32,000 nucleotides of DNA. Source: Patescibacteria group bacterium (GTDB taxonomy: Bacteria; Patescibacteriota; Patescibacteriia; UBA2591; UBA6264). The translations under genes were made by a program, and so were the position numbers. Positions 31,510 to 32,000 of the stretch are shown here, one piece after another (within the stretch, counting starts at the first letter, position 1; every line of letters starts with the position of its first letter). Under the pieces are notes generated by a model, which did no database searches, was not told the DNA's origin, and saw only the letters and a program-made list of their open reading frames with translations. The stretch is from the NCBI GenBank assembly GCA_028713575.1, contig JAQTOB010000007.1:6523-38522 (forward strand). Reading direction: 5' to 3'.

Positions 31510-32000
31510 TTATAGGCATAGAAAGAGATTGTCTCTCAAAATTTTTTTGGATTTCCTGGCGTTTTTTGCCATTATTCCGGCTTCTTGTGCCAGCTGTGTG
31601 GCGTCTTTCTTTTCTAAAAGCAGCCTTCCTTTTTTCCACCTTATTTTATAAGAGATAGAGTTAAAAGGATAAATCCATCTCACTCCATCAAAGTTTTTAT
31701 CAATGGTGTCGTGAATAAGATGGAAAAACAAGGTCGTGGACAACAATATTCCCAGCAATATCCCTTCAATCAACATACCGCCAATGAAAGTAAGAGGTAT
31801 CACGATTAGGGGAAGGTGTCCCAGAAATTTGTGAGTATATGAATACTCATCTAGGCTCAGGATTGTCTTTTTCTTCTTGCAGCACCAACGAAAAAATTCA
31901 TTTACGATAATGTCTCCGTCGAGAATAAAAGCAAAAAAGAAAATCATCCCTGCCTGCCAGGAAAATAGCCCCAGAGTCCTACCCAGTAAAGCGAAACTTA
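31510..32000 (-). CDS. Membrane protein, possibly a YdjM/DUF457-like metal-dependent hydrolase; N-terminus outside the window
   Basis: The minus-strand frame stays open past the ATG at 31947 to the window edge (…SFALLGRTLGLFSWQAGMIFFF…). Hydrophobic helices and an HLIHDTID motif. The functional call is weak. Confidence 0.55.
   Translation of the reverse strand, partial: SFALLGRTLGLFSWQAGMIFFFAFILDGDIIVNEFFRWCCKKKKTILSLDEYSYTHKFLGHLPLIVIPLTFIGGMLIEGILLGILLSTTLFFHLIHDTIDKNFDGVRWIYPFNSISYKIRWKKGRLLLEKKDATQLAQEAGIMAKNARKSKKILRDNLFLCL

Noticed and set aside
710-31639. Short antisense or overlapping ORFs in the track (710-922, 2083-2301, 5637-5903, 7721-8032, 8392-8658, 10621-10875, 11411-11659, 12172-12369, 12959-13183, 13530-13745, 14111-14350, 19802-20011, 29689-29928, 30333-30593, 30783-31058, 31208-31390, 31286-31639)
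   Set aside because: All lie inside, or run across the ends of, much longer ORFs or terminators with clear homology. They have low-complexity or odd composition and no translation signals, as expected for shadow ORFs.
1-32000. Alternative genetic code (TAA or TGA reassigned) as the explanation for the in-frame TAA codons
   Set aside because: TAA terminates eno, secA, hpf, grpE, dnaK and others at their conserved C-termini. TGA terminates secD and the GT4 gene, and TAG terminates pgk and lepA. No conserved gene contains internal stops. The standard code fits.

Overview
This is an AT-rich, tightly packed bacterial chromosomal segment. It reads in the standard code, since TAA, TAG and TGA each terminate well-conserved genes.

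Gene content is almost entirely housekeeping, in this order:
- a 5'-truncated Wzy_C/TPR-type membrane protein
- a lower-glycolysis cluster: pgk, an interrupted four-helix-bundle gene, eno, and two tandem gpmI paralogs
- hpf and secA
- a Fic gene followed by an interrupted CDA-fold deaminase
- secD-secF, a GT4 glycosyltransferase, murJ, and an orphan 138-aa ORF
- lepA, an FtsB/DivIC-like gene, and a PAP2 phosphatase
- three minus-strand tRNAs: Leu-CAA, initiator Met and elongator Met
- dprA-topA, divergent from murG
- a CIRCE-controlled hrcA-grpE-hsp20-dnaK operon
- a partial YdjM-like membrane hydrolase

Several traits suggest a reduced-genome uncultivated lineage such as CPR/Patescibacteria, but this is inference only. 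The traits are short versions of conserved proteins (HrcA 236 aa, DprA 217 aa, GrpE 154 aa), few Shine-Dalgarno sites, and a 23S-IVS-type four-helix-bundle gene.

I see no multi-gene defence or mobile system. The observations most worth a second look are:
1. A parvulin-type PPIase domain, apparently circularly permuted, sits inside the periplasmic domain of SecD.
2. A ~270-bp GC-rich nested array of the 10-mer CCTCGTAGGT and its complement lies between eno and gpmI.
3. The pgk 3' end is duplicated with a synonymous-substitution signature, and the two copies flank a 180-bp structured insert.
4. A 64-bp bidirectional promoter with overlapping -35 boxes appears to give leaderless dprA and murG mRNAs.
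5. Single in-frame TAA codons interrupt two accessory genes.
6. GC-rich hairpin islands recur in otherwise AT-rich spacers.

All coordinates and folds were worked out by hand and need computational confirmation.
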